The position numbers were made by a program, and so were the translations under genes. A stretch of DNA of 64,000 nucleotides from Schmidtea polychroa (Eukaryota): the NCBI GenBank assembly GCA_044892525.1, contig CM097885.1, positions 200,756,001 through 200,820,000 of the forward strand, read 5' to 3'. The notes beneath the pieces were generated by a model. The model saw only the letters and a program-made list of their open reading frames with translations, did not search any database and was not told where the DNA came from. Positions within the stretch are counted from its first letter, which is position 1. Every line of letters begins with the position of its first letter. Below are positions 49,481 through 63,025 of this stretch, piece by piece.

Positions 49481-50032
49481 TTTATTAGCACTATTAAATT
49501 TATTGAATTCTGCAAAAAGAATTGGCCATTTTCGTAGTCGAAGGTAAACGTAGAGCTAATCTTGAGAGCTATTACGAAAATTTGAATTCAATACCATGAG
49601 TGTTTTCAGGATGCGGAAAAACGGTAACCAAAATCAGATCATCTTTGAATGATGAGAGCAGACATTTTGACCTTATTAAGAGGATATTTCAAGACTGAAG
49701 CTAAATGAATAAATAAACAAAAAAAGACTGTCAATTTGAGTTCCTTTGTTTGTACCTAATTTCATTTATTTTTGTTTTCAACTGTGTTTTAATATTGGAT
49801 TGAAAAATGTGTGTAAATATGTGTGGTTTTTTAATGTTTAGATAAAAATTTTGAAATTTCGCTCAGTCCCGCTCAGCATCGGGATCCCGGGACCAAAAAA
49901 ATTCAGTACCGAAATCCCGGTTCTGGAAAAATGGTCCAGTACTAGATACCTTATCCTGCACATATAATTATATAATTATAGTAAATAAATATTTATTTTT
50001 CATTTAATGTTGATTAATCAAAATAACATTAC

Positions 50033-50075
50033 CTTGCAGGTTTCAGAAATTTTAAATTGGATTAGTGGTGAGCAT
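50033..50075 (-). CDS. Candidate small upstream exon of the TMEM116-like gene
   Basis: Polypyrimidine-AG / AAG|gtaatg boundaries; CSPLIQFKISETCK; phase matches the 38289 exon. Confidence 0.4.
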
Positions 50076-50490
50076 CTAAAAAATAAAAAATTATAATGAA
50101 AATATTGAGATTAACTTATATTTAGATAATATATTTAAATACATATTTATATTTTGAAACATGATCATAAGAGTTTTTCCAAAGTCTATAACCATTACAT
50201 ATCAGAATCGATTGTATGAAGAATTTCATGAAAGCAAAGATAGCAGATGGATAAAGCTTTCGAATATTTTCACAATAACTTCCTTTACAACTAAAAGAAA
50301 ACTGATATTTTTATTAAATTTCATTTGAATTTTTTGTAAAAATATTAGAATATACAAATTTTGTGAAGATTATGCATAATAAATTTCATGAACTCGAATG
50401 TCACATGAGTGCCAAAATACACTTTCTGCATTCGATTCTAAATTGTTTCCTTGATTATTAAATATTTATTTATATTTCAATAACCTAAAA

Positions 50491-52060
50491 CAGGAGTGCC
50501 CAAAGATCATGGAATAAATGGTCAAAATTTTATGAAAAAATAAAAATACTGGCCGCAGAACAAAAACACAATTTTTAGTTGAATTTTTTTATTTAAATTA
50601 ATTCTTTTTCATTATAATCTAATCGCGTATTTGAAATTCTTAATTCATTTCTTAAATATTTTAATCCCGAAAAGAATCTTTGGCAGTTACATGTTGTACC
50701 GAATGAAGAAATTATCTTTAAAACGTATTTCTTAGATTTGGATAATTAGTTGCTATTAGTTTAGGAAATTGCTTCCATTACATGAAATGCCTGCTCAGAT
50801 GACAAATCATTTGGGAATTCTAACAATTCCAGCTGAATTTTTACGTCAACCGAATTTATTTCTACTGAAAACGGATTCGAAAATAGTTCGATATCGTGCT
50901 TTAAACTAAAAAATTTTAAAAACCGTTCATTAAATTCAACTATCAATTTTTTTATATCAGTATCAGTTTTTTTGTATTTTTGCCATTAATATCTACTGAT
51001 TTAATTGCTGATTTAAATGATCTTTAAATAATTTCAACATATCTACAAATCGTCTGATAAATTTATACATGTCAACTATGTTCGAATCTTTGCCTTGAAG
51101 TTTAACATTGAGCTCATCTAAGTACTTCGCTATATCAACATAAAACGCAAGGCTAAGAATAGATTCATTGCTCAATATCCTATTCTTCATATTCCATGAA
51201 AGTTTTGATTTCATCTCGAAAATCAAAAAATCTTTTTAAGCAATTTCCGCGACTAATTAGTAAATTACATCGGAATCTTCTGCTTCTTCAACTGAAATTA
51301 AAAAATATTTGAATCTTCGATGTCGAAGAGCCTTTTTGCGAATGTAATTAACAGTTTTGATGACGAAATCAATAGTCATATCATAGTGTTTCCACATAGA
51401 TTATCAATGTGCGTTTTCGTTGAATTCTCGAATTTTTTGACATAAGCGAAGTAACAGAGCCAGATTTAGAAACGCGCATAGATGGTGCACTATCCGTCGT
51501 TACTCCGCTAATATTTTTAAATTAGATTTGAATACATTCAACTGAGTAATAATAACGTCGAAAAGATTTTTACCAGTCGTTGAATCTTTCATTGGCACCA
51601 AATATAACATTTCTTCTGTAACGTTAAAATATTTATCTACACCTCGAATAAATATCACCAACTGGGTAATAGTTAAAATGCCTATCGTCTCGTCAAAGCA
51701 AATTGGAAAAAAAAGAGATATCTTACTTATCGAAATGTCTTCGATTTTTATAGAAATATCTGTAATCCTGCGACGAACTGTATTTCTTGATAAATTAATC
51801 TTCTTCAAAAAATCAGGAACAAGAACACCTGCAATTGCAATTAGTCACTCTTTATAATTTTTTGCAATTTCACATTCATCGTAACAACGTACAAAAAGGT
51901 TTTGCTGAAAGTTTTTTTGTTTACTCAATTTCTTTACTTCACATTCACGCTGTTTAGTTGAAAGTTTGTCGAATTTTTTTTTGTTTATTTGAGAAATGTT
52001 CTCTAATATTATATACTTTGGGAATAATAACTGCATACAAAACAATCATATAACGCCAAC
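50491..52060 (-). mobile_element. Degraded hAT (GTF2IRD2/Charlie/SPIN-like) transposase
   Basis: LSRNTVRRRI, FDET...QLVIFIRGVD..VTEEM...TTGKNLF, YLDELNVKLQG, FSNPF motifs; CAGGAGTGCCCAA TIR-like end at 50491. Confidence 0.85.
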
Positions 52061-52949
52061 ACCTTGTAGTTCAACAAAGAAGTCGTTGGTCCAAGATTCT
52101 TGTAATGAATGGTTTTCATCTTTTAATTTCCGTTTTTTTCATTCATTTTTATCTACAAGCCGTAAATTTATTTATTATTTTATTTGAATATCAAAAAATA
52201 ATTCAACCTTTACAATTGCCAGATTTAATTAAATGTCAGAAATACAAACAATTTCAAATATTTCTTTATTCAATAAAAATTTGAAATATAACTTTCAAAA
52301 TAAATTAAGCCAATGTCAATTTTCGCAAATGGAAAATCGAATTTTTTCTTAAACTTTTCCTATATTAAATTTGTTTATAGGGGATAATGAGAAAATATGG
52401 ATTTTTTGGTGCTTTGATTTTCCAATTATTAATGACGGCATCTTCCCATTCATAGAGCAGGTGAGGGCGATGGATAGCAATCCATCCTTTCCTATCTCCT
52501 CTCTGACAGATAATGTTTTAGTCGGTAGAGAACGAAAAAAGTTGAAAAGTTTGCTAGGATGATAATCTTTGCAAATGTTTCCATTGCCTTCTTTCCATAT
52601 TTCTTCCAACCCTATCAAAATATTTCCATACTCCTCTCTTATCGTTCTGAACGAAATGTGGTGACTTTCTTCCAAGATTCAAGCAACACTTCAGAAGCTT
52701 TAAACATTGCACCAAAAAGATATACATATTAAATTCGAAAACTTTTGCTTTCAGCAATGGAGCTAAAAGATGGAGAGCTTGTGATCTAGTTATTTTGAAT
52801 CATATCGAAAACATGTGCACTGACGAATAGGGACACGTAGTCAGAACCACGGGATAAATGAAAAATAAATCAGATTTATCAACAGTTAAATCCATCTTTA
52901 AATTTCTCAGCAAAAATATTGAAACCAACAATAGTAGAGAGAAGTGTGC

Positions 52950-53560
52950 TCCATGACTCATCGTTTCGTTGTCATTTTTTTGCACTATCCCCCGCGATGC
53001 CTCATCATTATGACTTATCGATGAATCATCCGTAGCAACCACAGTAACTATGGTAACCATAGGAACTAGTTCAAGGTGATTCTAGTAACCATGGGAACTA
53101 GGACAAGATCACGTGACTCTTCGACGACGTCATCGATGACTCATCAAGGTCATACTATTTTTATTAACTAGGTCAGGGTCAATCTATTTTTTGTAAGAAG
53201 GTCGATGACTCATGTTCTATTTTCAGTAACAAAGACATCTATTTTTAGTAACATTTGGATCTATTTTTAGTAACATTTTTGATCCGATGACTCATCGAGG
53301 AAATTAAAGTACATATGAATCATCATTTTTGGAACAAACCAATGACTCATCATTTGTAAACAAAAACATTTAAACAAAGACTCATCGATGACTCATCGTT
53401 TAAATGGGGGTACTTTTTCTTTTGCACACCCCTTGTGTATGACTCATCAACGACTCATCCTTTTTAGAACAAAGACAATGCATCATTTATTTTTAAAACA
53501 AAGACTCATCACACGATTCATCATCTATTTTTAAGAACAATGACTCATAAAAACAAGACA
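52950..53560. repeat. Array of (GA)TGACTCATC motifs
   Basis: Eight exact TGACTCA plus several one-off variants, interleaved with atctattttt and aacaaagac. Confidence 0.85.
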
Positions 53561-54129
53561 CCACTAGAACAAAGATGTTATTATTAAAATTATTATTATT
53601 ATTTTCAATGTAAAGTAATGGTGTAAAATATTTTTGTCGGATGTCTCACTTGAATAAAATAAACAGTACAATCCAGTGCAAATCCCAATAGTAGACTAGT
53701 TTCGAGCTTTTGGCTCTCAACAGTACTATGCAGGAGACGCGAAGATTTCTCTTCGCACCAGGTAAATATACAATATTGCTGATTCAACTCTTTTTTTTGC
53801 ACTGGGTATCACAAAGCTTGTACTGTTTATNNNNNNNNNNNNNNNNNNNNNNNNNNNNNNNNNNNNNNNNNNNNNNNNNNNNNNNNNNNNNNNNNNNNNN
53901 NNNNNNNNNNNNNNNNNNNNNNNNNNNNNNNNNNNNNNNNNNNNNNNNNNNNNNNNNNNNNNNNNNNNNNNNNNNNNNNNNNNNNNNNNNNNNNNNNNNN
54001 NNNNNNNTATTTTATTATTTTTTCAAAGTAATATTATTATTTCAAAATATTATTTTCAAAGTTATATATATATATATATATATATTATCAAATAGTCAAT
54101 TAAACAATAAAATGGTGGGTCCTACAAAT

Positions 54130-54500
54130 TAAACCTTATAATATTCATATCAAACAAGAGGTATTTGAGATGTAAGTATAATGGTCATACTTTCAAAAGT
54201 TTATGAATGGTCCTGAACCTTCAAGGGGTCAAAAACATTTAAAACCTTATACTTATACATATAGATATATACATATCAAACAAAAGTTAATACAAAGGTT
54301 AGTATAATGGTCCAAGGTTCAAATTTTTACAACCTTATAATATGCATATCAAACAAAAGGTATTACAAAGGTGAGTATAATTGTCATACCCTTGAAGGTC
54401 CAAGGGTTCAAGGTTAAAATTTTTAAAATCCTATAATATACATATCACACAAAAGGTAATACAAAGTTGAGTATAATGTTCATATCTTTGAAGGTCATAC
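54130..54500. repeat. Four degenerate ~100-bp tandem units
   Basis: Recurring ccttata...catatcaaacaaaaggt..tacaaag.tgagtataatg.tc core. Confidence 0.75.
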
Positions 54501-54509
54501 ATCATATAT

Positions 54510-54548
<39 letters not shown>

Positions 54549-54551
<3 letters not shown>

Positions 54552-57500
54552 AAGATGATATAATAATTTCCTAAGAATTACTTACATAACCAGGTCACTA
54601 GACCTTGATATCTATTGAATGATGCGGGAATGCTTGTATAACTAAATTAAGTAAGTATGTTTGTCTTCTGTGTCAACAGTATCACTTAAACTAATAATTC
54701 TCCCTTTTGTAGATTACGCAATTCAATGTACTATAAATATTATAACGATTGTGTGTTCCGTTTAGATTTTTGTAGTGAATAAATATTTCTGTGAACTATG
54801 TCTTTTTCTAACATGGCGACCACGCCAGGACTCCAGAACTATATCAAGCCACCTAATCAATTGCTGCCAAATGGTGATTTAGAAATTTTTATTTTGGAAT
54901 TGAAGAGATTTTTCGAATTCACTCAACAACCGCAAGAAATTCAAGAAATTGTTACTAAGGCCTTTCTGTCGGTAGAGTTGATCCAGAAATATGAAGAAGT
55001 ACAGAGCGTTTATTCAGGCTATGAAGAAAGATTAAGAAAAGCGTTCGAGCCAAGGAAAAATCTAGCCATGGATCTAGACGGGACCAGGCGATTTAAACTG
55101 CAGAGATGTTGGGCGTGTGGAGAGCAAGGACATATTCGAGCAGAATGCCCAAACGTAAAATGCTCTCAATGTTCCAAAAATGGTCATTTCAAGTATCAAT
55201 GTTGGGACATCAGAAGAAATTCAGTTAAAACAGAAGCATATTACAACGGAAGAAATTATGATAGAAATCAAAAACAATTTGGATCCAGAGGACAATATCA
55301 AAGCAGAAACCAATCTTCAGACAGAGGACCACATCGAAGACAATGCAATGCGATATACGACTACGAATACGAGGAAGGAGAGCTGATTCAACAGGATGAC
55401 ATGCAAAAAGATTGCGAACAGCTAAAAGGGGAGGCTCCAGTTTCAAGGGAGTTGCTAGGAGCCATAAATTTGGTTTAAGTAAGTATATTGTTGACACAGA
55501 ATGTTTGAATTTGAATGCTTGTGATTTCAAGATTTCCGTAATGAATAAATTTAAAGATGATTTAAAAATTAATGATGTAATTATGAATGATTGTGAATGT
55601 TTTGACTTTGAAAATTATTTTAAATATAGTTTTTATGAAATTAATAACAAAATTGATAAGATTATGAGTATCGATATAATTAATAATAAAGTTAGTGAAA
55701 ATAAAGAAAGACCTTTTGCACCTAAATTCGTTTACGAAAGAATGAATGGCAGACCTAGTGTAGGTATTTGGCTGGAAAATAAAATAAAAGTTGATTGTCT
55801 TTTGGATACCGGGGCTAGAATAAACGTGATTAGCGAAGATGTTGTTAGTAAATTAAAGATGCGTGATAAAATAGGGGAATCCAATATTATGGTTACATGT
55901 GCAAACGAGAGCACACTTAAAATCATAGGAACAATATTACTAAAAGTGAGAATTTCGGGATTAGAATTGGTAATAAGATTCTTTGTGGCAAATAAGATTA
56001 ACCCGAGCGTAATTGCAGGCGTAGAAATGATGAATTGTTATGATATTAAATTACAGGCAGTAACTAAAGTAAAATTAAAAAATCAATTAATGAATTTAGA
56101 GGAAAACAATTTGAAAGGAATTATCGACCCAACGATTAATAAATTACTTAAAGAATTTTCGGATATATTCATGAAAAATAAATGGGATGTAGGAAAAACA
56201 CAGTTAATTAAACATAAGATAGTTACTAGAGGTAGCCCAGTGACAATTAATCCTAGACGTCAGCCGATTCATATTGCTCACAAAATACAAGACATGCTAA
56301 AAGACATGGAAGAAGCAGGAATTATAAGAAAATGTGACTCGGTGTGGAATAGCCCATTGGTATGTGTGTTAAAAAAGAATAAATCAGATATTAGAATATG
56401 TTTGGATTTTCGCGCACTAAATGCAATTACGGAGAGACCTCGATTTCCAATACCAAATATTGAAGAGATGATGGATATCCTAAATGGAGCACAGATATTT
56501 AGCACTATCGATCTTGGTAATGCTTATTATCAAGTGGAATTAGAAGAGGAATCAAAAATAAAGACTGCATTTTCAACAAAAGATGGTCAATATTGTTTTA
56601 ACCGAATGCCTTTTGGAATTGCAGCTGCCCCAGCAACTTTTCAAAAATTAATGACTCAAGTTTTAGGTGATCTTAATTGGAGAGAAGCAATTGTTTATTT
56701 AGACGATATCCTTATATTTGCAGACAATGAAATCGAACATAAAAAAAGACTAGAAAGAGTTTTTCGAAAGATTCAAGAAGCTGGTTTGAAAATAAGCTTA
56801 GAAAAATGTTGTTTTAACAAACTAGAAATAAAATTTTTGGGACACATTATAAATAAAAATGGTATTAAGACAGATTATGAAAAGATAAAAGCAATGCAAG
56901 AATATGAAAAACCAAAATGTATTAAACGTTTAAGAAGCTTTCTAGGCTTAACAAATTATTATCGAAAATTTGTTAAAGATTACGCCAAGTATGCAAGACC
57001 ATTAGAAAGGTTATGTGGGTCTAACAAAGATAAACTTATATGGACTGAAGAATGTGAAACAAATTTCAACACGCTAAAGAAAGCGTTAAAGTCTACCCCA
57101 GTACTAGGATTTCCGGATTTACGAAAAACCTTTATTTTAGATACAGATGCTAGTTTCGATACGATTGGGGGAGTGCTTTCGCAGTTGAGTAGTAATGGAC
57201 AAGAACAAGTTATTGCATATGGATCAAAGACAATGAATAAGCACGAAATCGGTTACTGCATTACGCGAAAGGAATGGCTTGCAATCTATCATTTTACTCA
57301 GCATTTCAAACACTATCTATATGGAAAAAGATTTACTTTAAGAACCGATCATAAAGCTATAACCTTTATGATAAATACAAAAAAGCCAATTACAGCACAA
57401 TTCCAGACATGGATTAACTATTTAAGTGGGCTAGATATCAAATTAGAATACAGAAAAGGAGAATTGCATGCTAACGCAGATGCCCTATCAAGGAAAGACT

Positions 57501-58843
57501 GTACTTCATGTAGTCAGTGCCAAACAGTTCATGAAAACGCCAAGGTAGATAAAAATAAAACTAAAATATTGGCCATAGAAAATATAGACCAAGAAATAAA
57601 AGTAAATAATGAAGGTGTAATTTTTAATATACATAAAGACTTATGTCACGCAGGGGTAAAAAAATTTACGAATATGCACGGAAAAATATGAAAATGAAAA
57701 TTAGTGAAAACGAAGTTAGAAGAGTGATTGAAAATTGTGAACAGTGTCAGAAACGGAAGACGTGGACAAGACGAACAAAAGAACCGCTGATTAAACAGAG
57801 TACAGATGAAGTTTTCAAAGAGATATTTATTGATTTCTGCGGACCATTTAAGAAAACAATTCATGGAAAACAATATATTTTAGCTATAATTGATCAATTC
57901 AGTAGGTATATATCATTGACGGCAGTTGCTCATCAGGATGAAAAGACGACGGCAAAGATTTTAAGAGAAAATTGGATTTTGAAATTTGGTGCCCCTAAAA
58001 TCATTCACTCCGATAGAGGAAAAACATTTGAATCTCAACTCCTTTTAGAAGTGTTGAAAACGCATCATATTACAATAATATATTCAAGCCCATATCATCA
58101 TAGTACAAACGGTTTAGTTGAGAGGCAATTTAGAACTATAAGGGATGCAATTGCAATTACGTTAAAAGACAAACGGCATAAAGATTGGGCAGAAATATTG
58201 CCAGATGTGGAATTTATGTTAAATGCGACGATACAGCAGACAACCGGATTTTCGCCCTCTGAAATAATATTTGGGCGGAATATTTGTAGACAATGGATGG
58301 AAAAAGATAATTTGGATATACAAAATAATGATGCTAATAATCGGAGAAGGGAGATCGTGGAGGGAATTAAACATAAAAAAAACATAGAAAAGAATTTAAT
58401 TACACAAAATTATAGGAATTTTGAAGTTGGAGACCAAGTATTGGTTAAAAAAGAAAATACTAGAAAGATGGATGAACGTTATGAAGGGCCTTATGAAATA
58501 ACTGGAAAACGACATGACAGAAGCTATGTTCTAAAGAATAAGCAAGGCAAAGAAATAATTCGAAATGTAGAATGGATCAAAAGTTTTAAATGGAGGGGGA
58601 TGTAAGATGATATAATAATTTCCAAAGAATTACTTACATAACCAGGTCACTAGACCTTGATATCTATTGAATGATGCGGGAATGCTTGTATAACTAAATT
58701 AAGTAAGTATGTTTGTCTTCTGTGTCAACAGTATCACTTAAACTAATAATTCTCCCTTTTGTAGATTACGCAATTCAATGTACTATAAATATTATAACGA
58801 TTGTGTGTTCCGTTTAGATTTTTGTAGTGAATAAATATTTCTG
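54549..58843 (+). mobile_element. Ty3/Gypsy element E (3' LTR cut by gap)
   Basis: 265-bp 5' LTR next to (TA)n; PBS TGGCGACCAC; gag 54813-55478; pol 55412-57691 and 57643-58605; PPT; near-identical 3' LTR from 58601. Confidence 0.95.
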
Positions 58844-59365
58844 NNNNNNNNNNNNNNNNNNNNNNNNNNNNNNNNNNNNNNNNNNNNNNNNNNNNNNNNN
58901 NNNNNNNNNNNNNNNNNNNNNNNNNNNNNNNNNNNNNNNNNNNNNNNNNNNNNNNNNNNNNNNNNNNNNNNNNNNNNNNNNNNNNNNNNNNNNNNNNNNN
59001 NNNNNNNNNNNNNNNNNNNNNNNNNNNNNNNNNNNNNNNNNNNNNNNNNNNNNNNNNNNNNNNNNNNNNNNNNNNNNNNNNNNNNNNNNNNNNNNNNNNN
59101 NNNNNNNNNNNNNNNNNNNNNNNNNNNNNNNNNNNNNNNNNNNNNNNNNNNNNNNNNTTTACGCGCGAGAGTTATTATATATATTTATCTGGCAAGATGT
59201 TTTGTTCCTAAAATAATTACACACATAGTAAACCTATTAAACTTTATTATAGTATTCATGTCTTTGTTAATCATGCACTTGTATTGCAAATTTATGAGTC
59301 ATACCCTGATATTATACCATATTATAAAATATTTATTTTTACACACATAGTCAACCCATTATCAC

Positions 59366-59695
59366 CAGTGGTGTAGCTAGAGTACTTGGCGCCCGGGGGC
59401 AGGGATATGTTTTTGTGATATTAAAATAGACATATGTAAAAACGCCAAATATAAAATGCATATTAATAAATTATAAAATAATATTTAAAAAAAATATAAA
59501 ATATAAAAATATAACAAAACTAGAAAAAAACTGGAAAACAGAAAAATAAAATCCCTTTTTCATCGTTTATTTTAAAAAATTTTCAATGCTTGGCTATATT
59601 TATATATTTTATATATATTGCGTTCAATCCGGCGCCCCAAAAATTGTGGCGCCCGGGGCAACTGTCACCCCTCGCCCTACCTCGCTACGCCAATG
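59366..59695. mobile_element. hAT (Tip100-like) MITE, 330 bp
   Basis: CAGTGGTGTAGC / GCTACGCCAATG ends; TSD attatcac/attatccc (7/8). Confidence 0.8.
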
Positions 59696-59716
59696 ATTAT
59701 CCCTATTATTATTTAT

Positions 59717-60351
59717 TATTATTGCAAATATTAGTGAAAAACCTAAAATATTTACACACACACGTTATGGGGTAGATAATTATTGTGTGTACAATAGGCA
59801 AAAATAATAAATTTTATAAAAATCATGTAAATTTCTTTAAAATTTATGAAAAATCTAAGTGTTTGTGCTATGGGGTAGAGAATTACTATGTGTGTAAAAA
59901 TATGAAATTTTATAAAATTCATGTAAATTTCTTTAAATTTTTTAAAAAATCTATGTTTTCTGTGTGTGTCCTATGGGTAGAGAATTACTATGTGTGTGTC
60001 AAAATATGAAATTTTATCAAATATATGTAAACTTCTTTAAAATTTATGAAAAATCTATGTTTTCTGTGTGTATATGTAAAAATATGATATTTTATCAAAT
60101 TTCTTTAAATTTTACAAAAAATCTATGTTTTCTTTGTGTGGGCTATGGGGTAAAGAATTATTATGTGTGTGTGTAAAAATATGAAATTTTATCAAATTTC
60201 TTTAAAATTTATGGAAAATCTATGTGTGGGTGCCTGTACAGAAAATTGTCAAGAAGAAGCAGTAATTTACAATTTTACACACACACATATATTCGATATG
60301 TATTGTACATGCATTACACATGCCTTGTTTAACACGGGTGCTTAATATGTG

Positions 60352-60413
<62 letters not shown>

Positions 60414-60968
60414 CATCATCATCATTATTATTATTATATATAATTAGAATTCATCCGACAAGATATTTTGTCCCCCTGTGGCTAATGGTCACATTCAACA
60501 TGTTTCAAAGGGTATTTTATTAAATTCTGATCAATTAAAATCAATTATTTTGACGCCATTTTCATTAGTTGCACGAAAATTTTCATCAAATATTATTATT
60601 ATTTTCAAAGATATTAACGCGCGCTGTAAATATTATTATTATATATACTCAGAGTTTATCCGACATGTCTCAAATGGTATCTTATCAAATTCTGACCAAT
60701 TAAAATTAAGGGGTAGAACAAAAATATATTACGTTGCGGTAATTTAAAGCTTAAATATATTTTTAAAATATATTTTGACGCAATTTTCATTATTTTCAAC
60801 ATTTTCATTAGTTGCATGAACATTTTCAATAAATATTATTGTTATAATCAAAGTATTATTATTATTATTATTAGTTGGGTAGAATGAGGAGCCGGGAGCA
60901 AAGACATATTATGTAATTGATGACACAACAAAGGCATATATACCCACCCTCCTTTTTTAATTTTTTTA

Positions 60969-61003
<35 letters not shown>

Positions 61004-61551
61004 CATTATTATTACACTCATACCTCGCTATACGGCTGCTCTTTATACGGCTTTTCGCTATAACGGCCTACTTTAATTACGGCACTTTTTCGATTTACGG
61101 CCAAAAATGTTTCGTTATACGGCCAAAAAAAGTGTGAAATTTATATGGAATTGTATCAAAATGTATTTGATTCGTTATGCGGCGTTTCGCTTTGCAGCCA
61201 ACTTTCTTGGAACGTATCTAGGCCGTAAAGCGAGGTATGAGTGTATTATTATTATTTATTATTATTATTATCAATATTAGTGAAAAACCTAAAATATTTA
61301 TTTTTTACACACATAAGTTATGAGGTAGAGAATTATTATATGTTTGCAATAATTAATTAAATATGAAATTTTATCAAAATTTATGAAATTTTTGAAAAAT
61401 CTATGTTTTCTGTGTTTGCCTTTACAGAAAATTGTCAATAAGAAGCAATAATTAAGGGAAAATTTTACACACATTCTATATCACATTCGATATGTATTGC
61501 ACATGTATTGTACATACCTTGTTTAACATGGGTGTATATTCTTAATATGTG

Positions 61552-61601
<50 letters not shown>

Positions 61602-61860
61602 GTCAGAGATTATCCGACAAGATATTCTGTCCCCTATGGGTATTGCTAGCAAGGGTACTGGTCACATTCAACATGTCGCAAGGGTTTTCGAACAAAGGGT
61701 TTTATCTCTGTTTTATTAAAATTATCTTTCGATTTTACAATGCTTCGTTTTATTATATATACTCTGAGTTTATCCGTCAAGATATTTTTCCCTCTATGGG
61801 TACTGCTAGCAAGGGTACTGGTCACATTAAACATGTCGCAAGGGTTTTCAAGCTTAAAGC
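59717..61860. repeat. Complex local repeat: two long related units with ~60-bp minisatellite, (ATT)n and an ~80-bp motif
   Basis: 59717-60520 resembles 61268-61690; motif atccgacaagatatt.tgtccccct.tg...ggtcacattcaacatgt recurs at ~60450, 61610, 61770 and 63175. Confidence 0.8.
61015..61243. mobile_element. pogo/Tigger-type MITE, 229 bp
   Basis: 22-bp TIR CACTCATACCTCGCT(A/T)TACGGC; TA flanks; inserted in (ATT)n. Confidence 0.88.
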
Positions 61861-62464
61861 ATATAAATGTGCGTTTTATTAAGGTTAGTAAATAATTTTA
61901 AAACTTATCACATGTAAACCCCAATACTATTTTATAATTATTTAAACGATAAAAAATCGAGGCAAAAGAGGACAAGGCGAAGTTTATGCATTTAGTATTG
62001 CCAGGTCTAATGAGCAGTGTCCAAATATCTGTGCCTGAAAGACACAGTGGTTATTTGTTCCCATCCACAATGGTCGCCTGTGCCTCCCCTAAGTGGGGTC
62101 AGGAGAACCTGGGTATCATAGTTCTCCGTACATTACGTCGAGCATGTCTGAGTAGTCAACTACCATCACATTTGAAAAGTATAAAAAATACATTTCAAAA
62201 TACATTCGTCATTTGCACTATAACCAAATTAATTAATTCCCTAACAAGAAGTTACAGAGGCATCCCACTAGTTGGATTACAAACGCCCACCACGACGATC
62301 AGCTGGTAAATAATTAAGGAATATAGAGGACCCCCCAACCCTATTATATTTAATTTACAAAATCCAAGGGTTTATCAATCTTCTGGATTTTGTCGCTAAT
62401 CATTTTTATCTCAAAATGTAGTAATCTCTCCATCTGGCCATTTGATCGTGATTTCATGGAATAC

Positions 62465-63025
62465 ATCTTGCATAATTTTTTTACAAATAGGACGTATTTC
62501 TTTGCTTAGTGACTTGTTTCTTATGCGGCGTCAACTTTCAACTCTCATTGCTAAAATTTGTATTGATTTAAAACTTTTTATCACATTCGTCACATGATTG
62601 ATAAATTTGAGACTAAATTCTGCCTGACTAAATCGAATAGCCTGTCTAGCACCTATTATTTTTGGTATACTTTAGTTTTTCAATATCATTTCTTAGTGGT
62701 ATTCCACCGTAAAACACAGATATCTAAACATAATATATATTAAGGAATTAATTTATGTCTTACATTATTATTCGACATGTATTTAGAGAATCTTTCATAT
62801 TCTTTGCTTATTTGAACTTCGGGTATGACGAGTACTTTACAAGATCTAATTGCTGGAGAATTGCTAAAATATCTGTTTTTCCCATTCCAGATTTTGCTTG
62901 ACACAATACATCCGTTGAAAGAATGGCCTAAGTTTACATCATCCATATTTTAAGTCTGATAAGTAAACATCCTTGTTGAACTTTTGAAGGACACCCACAA
63001 TCCGCTGTTGGCTCTAACATTTGAG
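62465..63025 (-). pseudogene. DDX39: Unprocessed DDX39/UAP56 DEAD-box helicase pseudogene fragment
   Basis: Joined frames give ADCG..PSKVQ, AILSTDVLCQAKSGMGKT, QISKEYERFSKYM|ISVFYGG, DECDK, TPHKKQV and LSKEIRPICKKIMQD|gt; many short deletions; introns retained. Confidence 0.85.

Noticed and set aside
59717-61860. CRISPR-like array
   Set aside because: Eukaryotic context; degenerate tandem units without unique spacers; no cas genes.
61986-62309. 107-aa plus-strand ORF in GC-richer sequence
   Set aside because: No motif recognised on either strand.
62740-62946. 68-aa minus ORF as first exon of the TMEM116-like gene
   Set aside because: Explained as frameshifted pieces of the DDX39 pseudogene.
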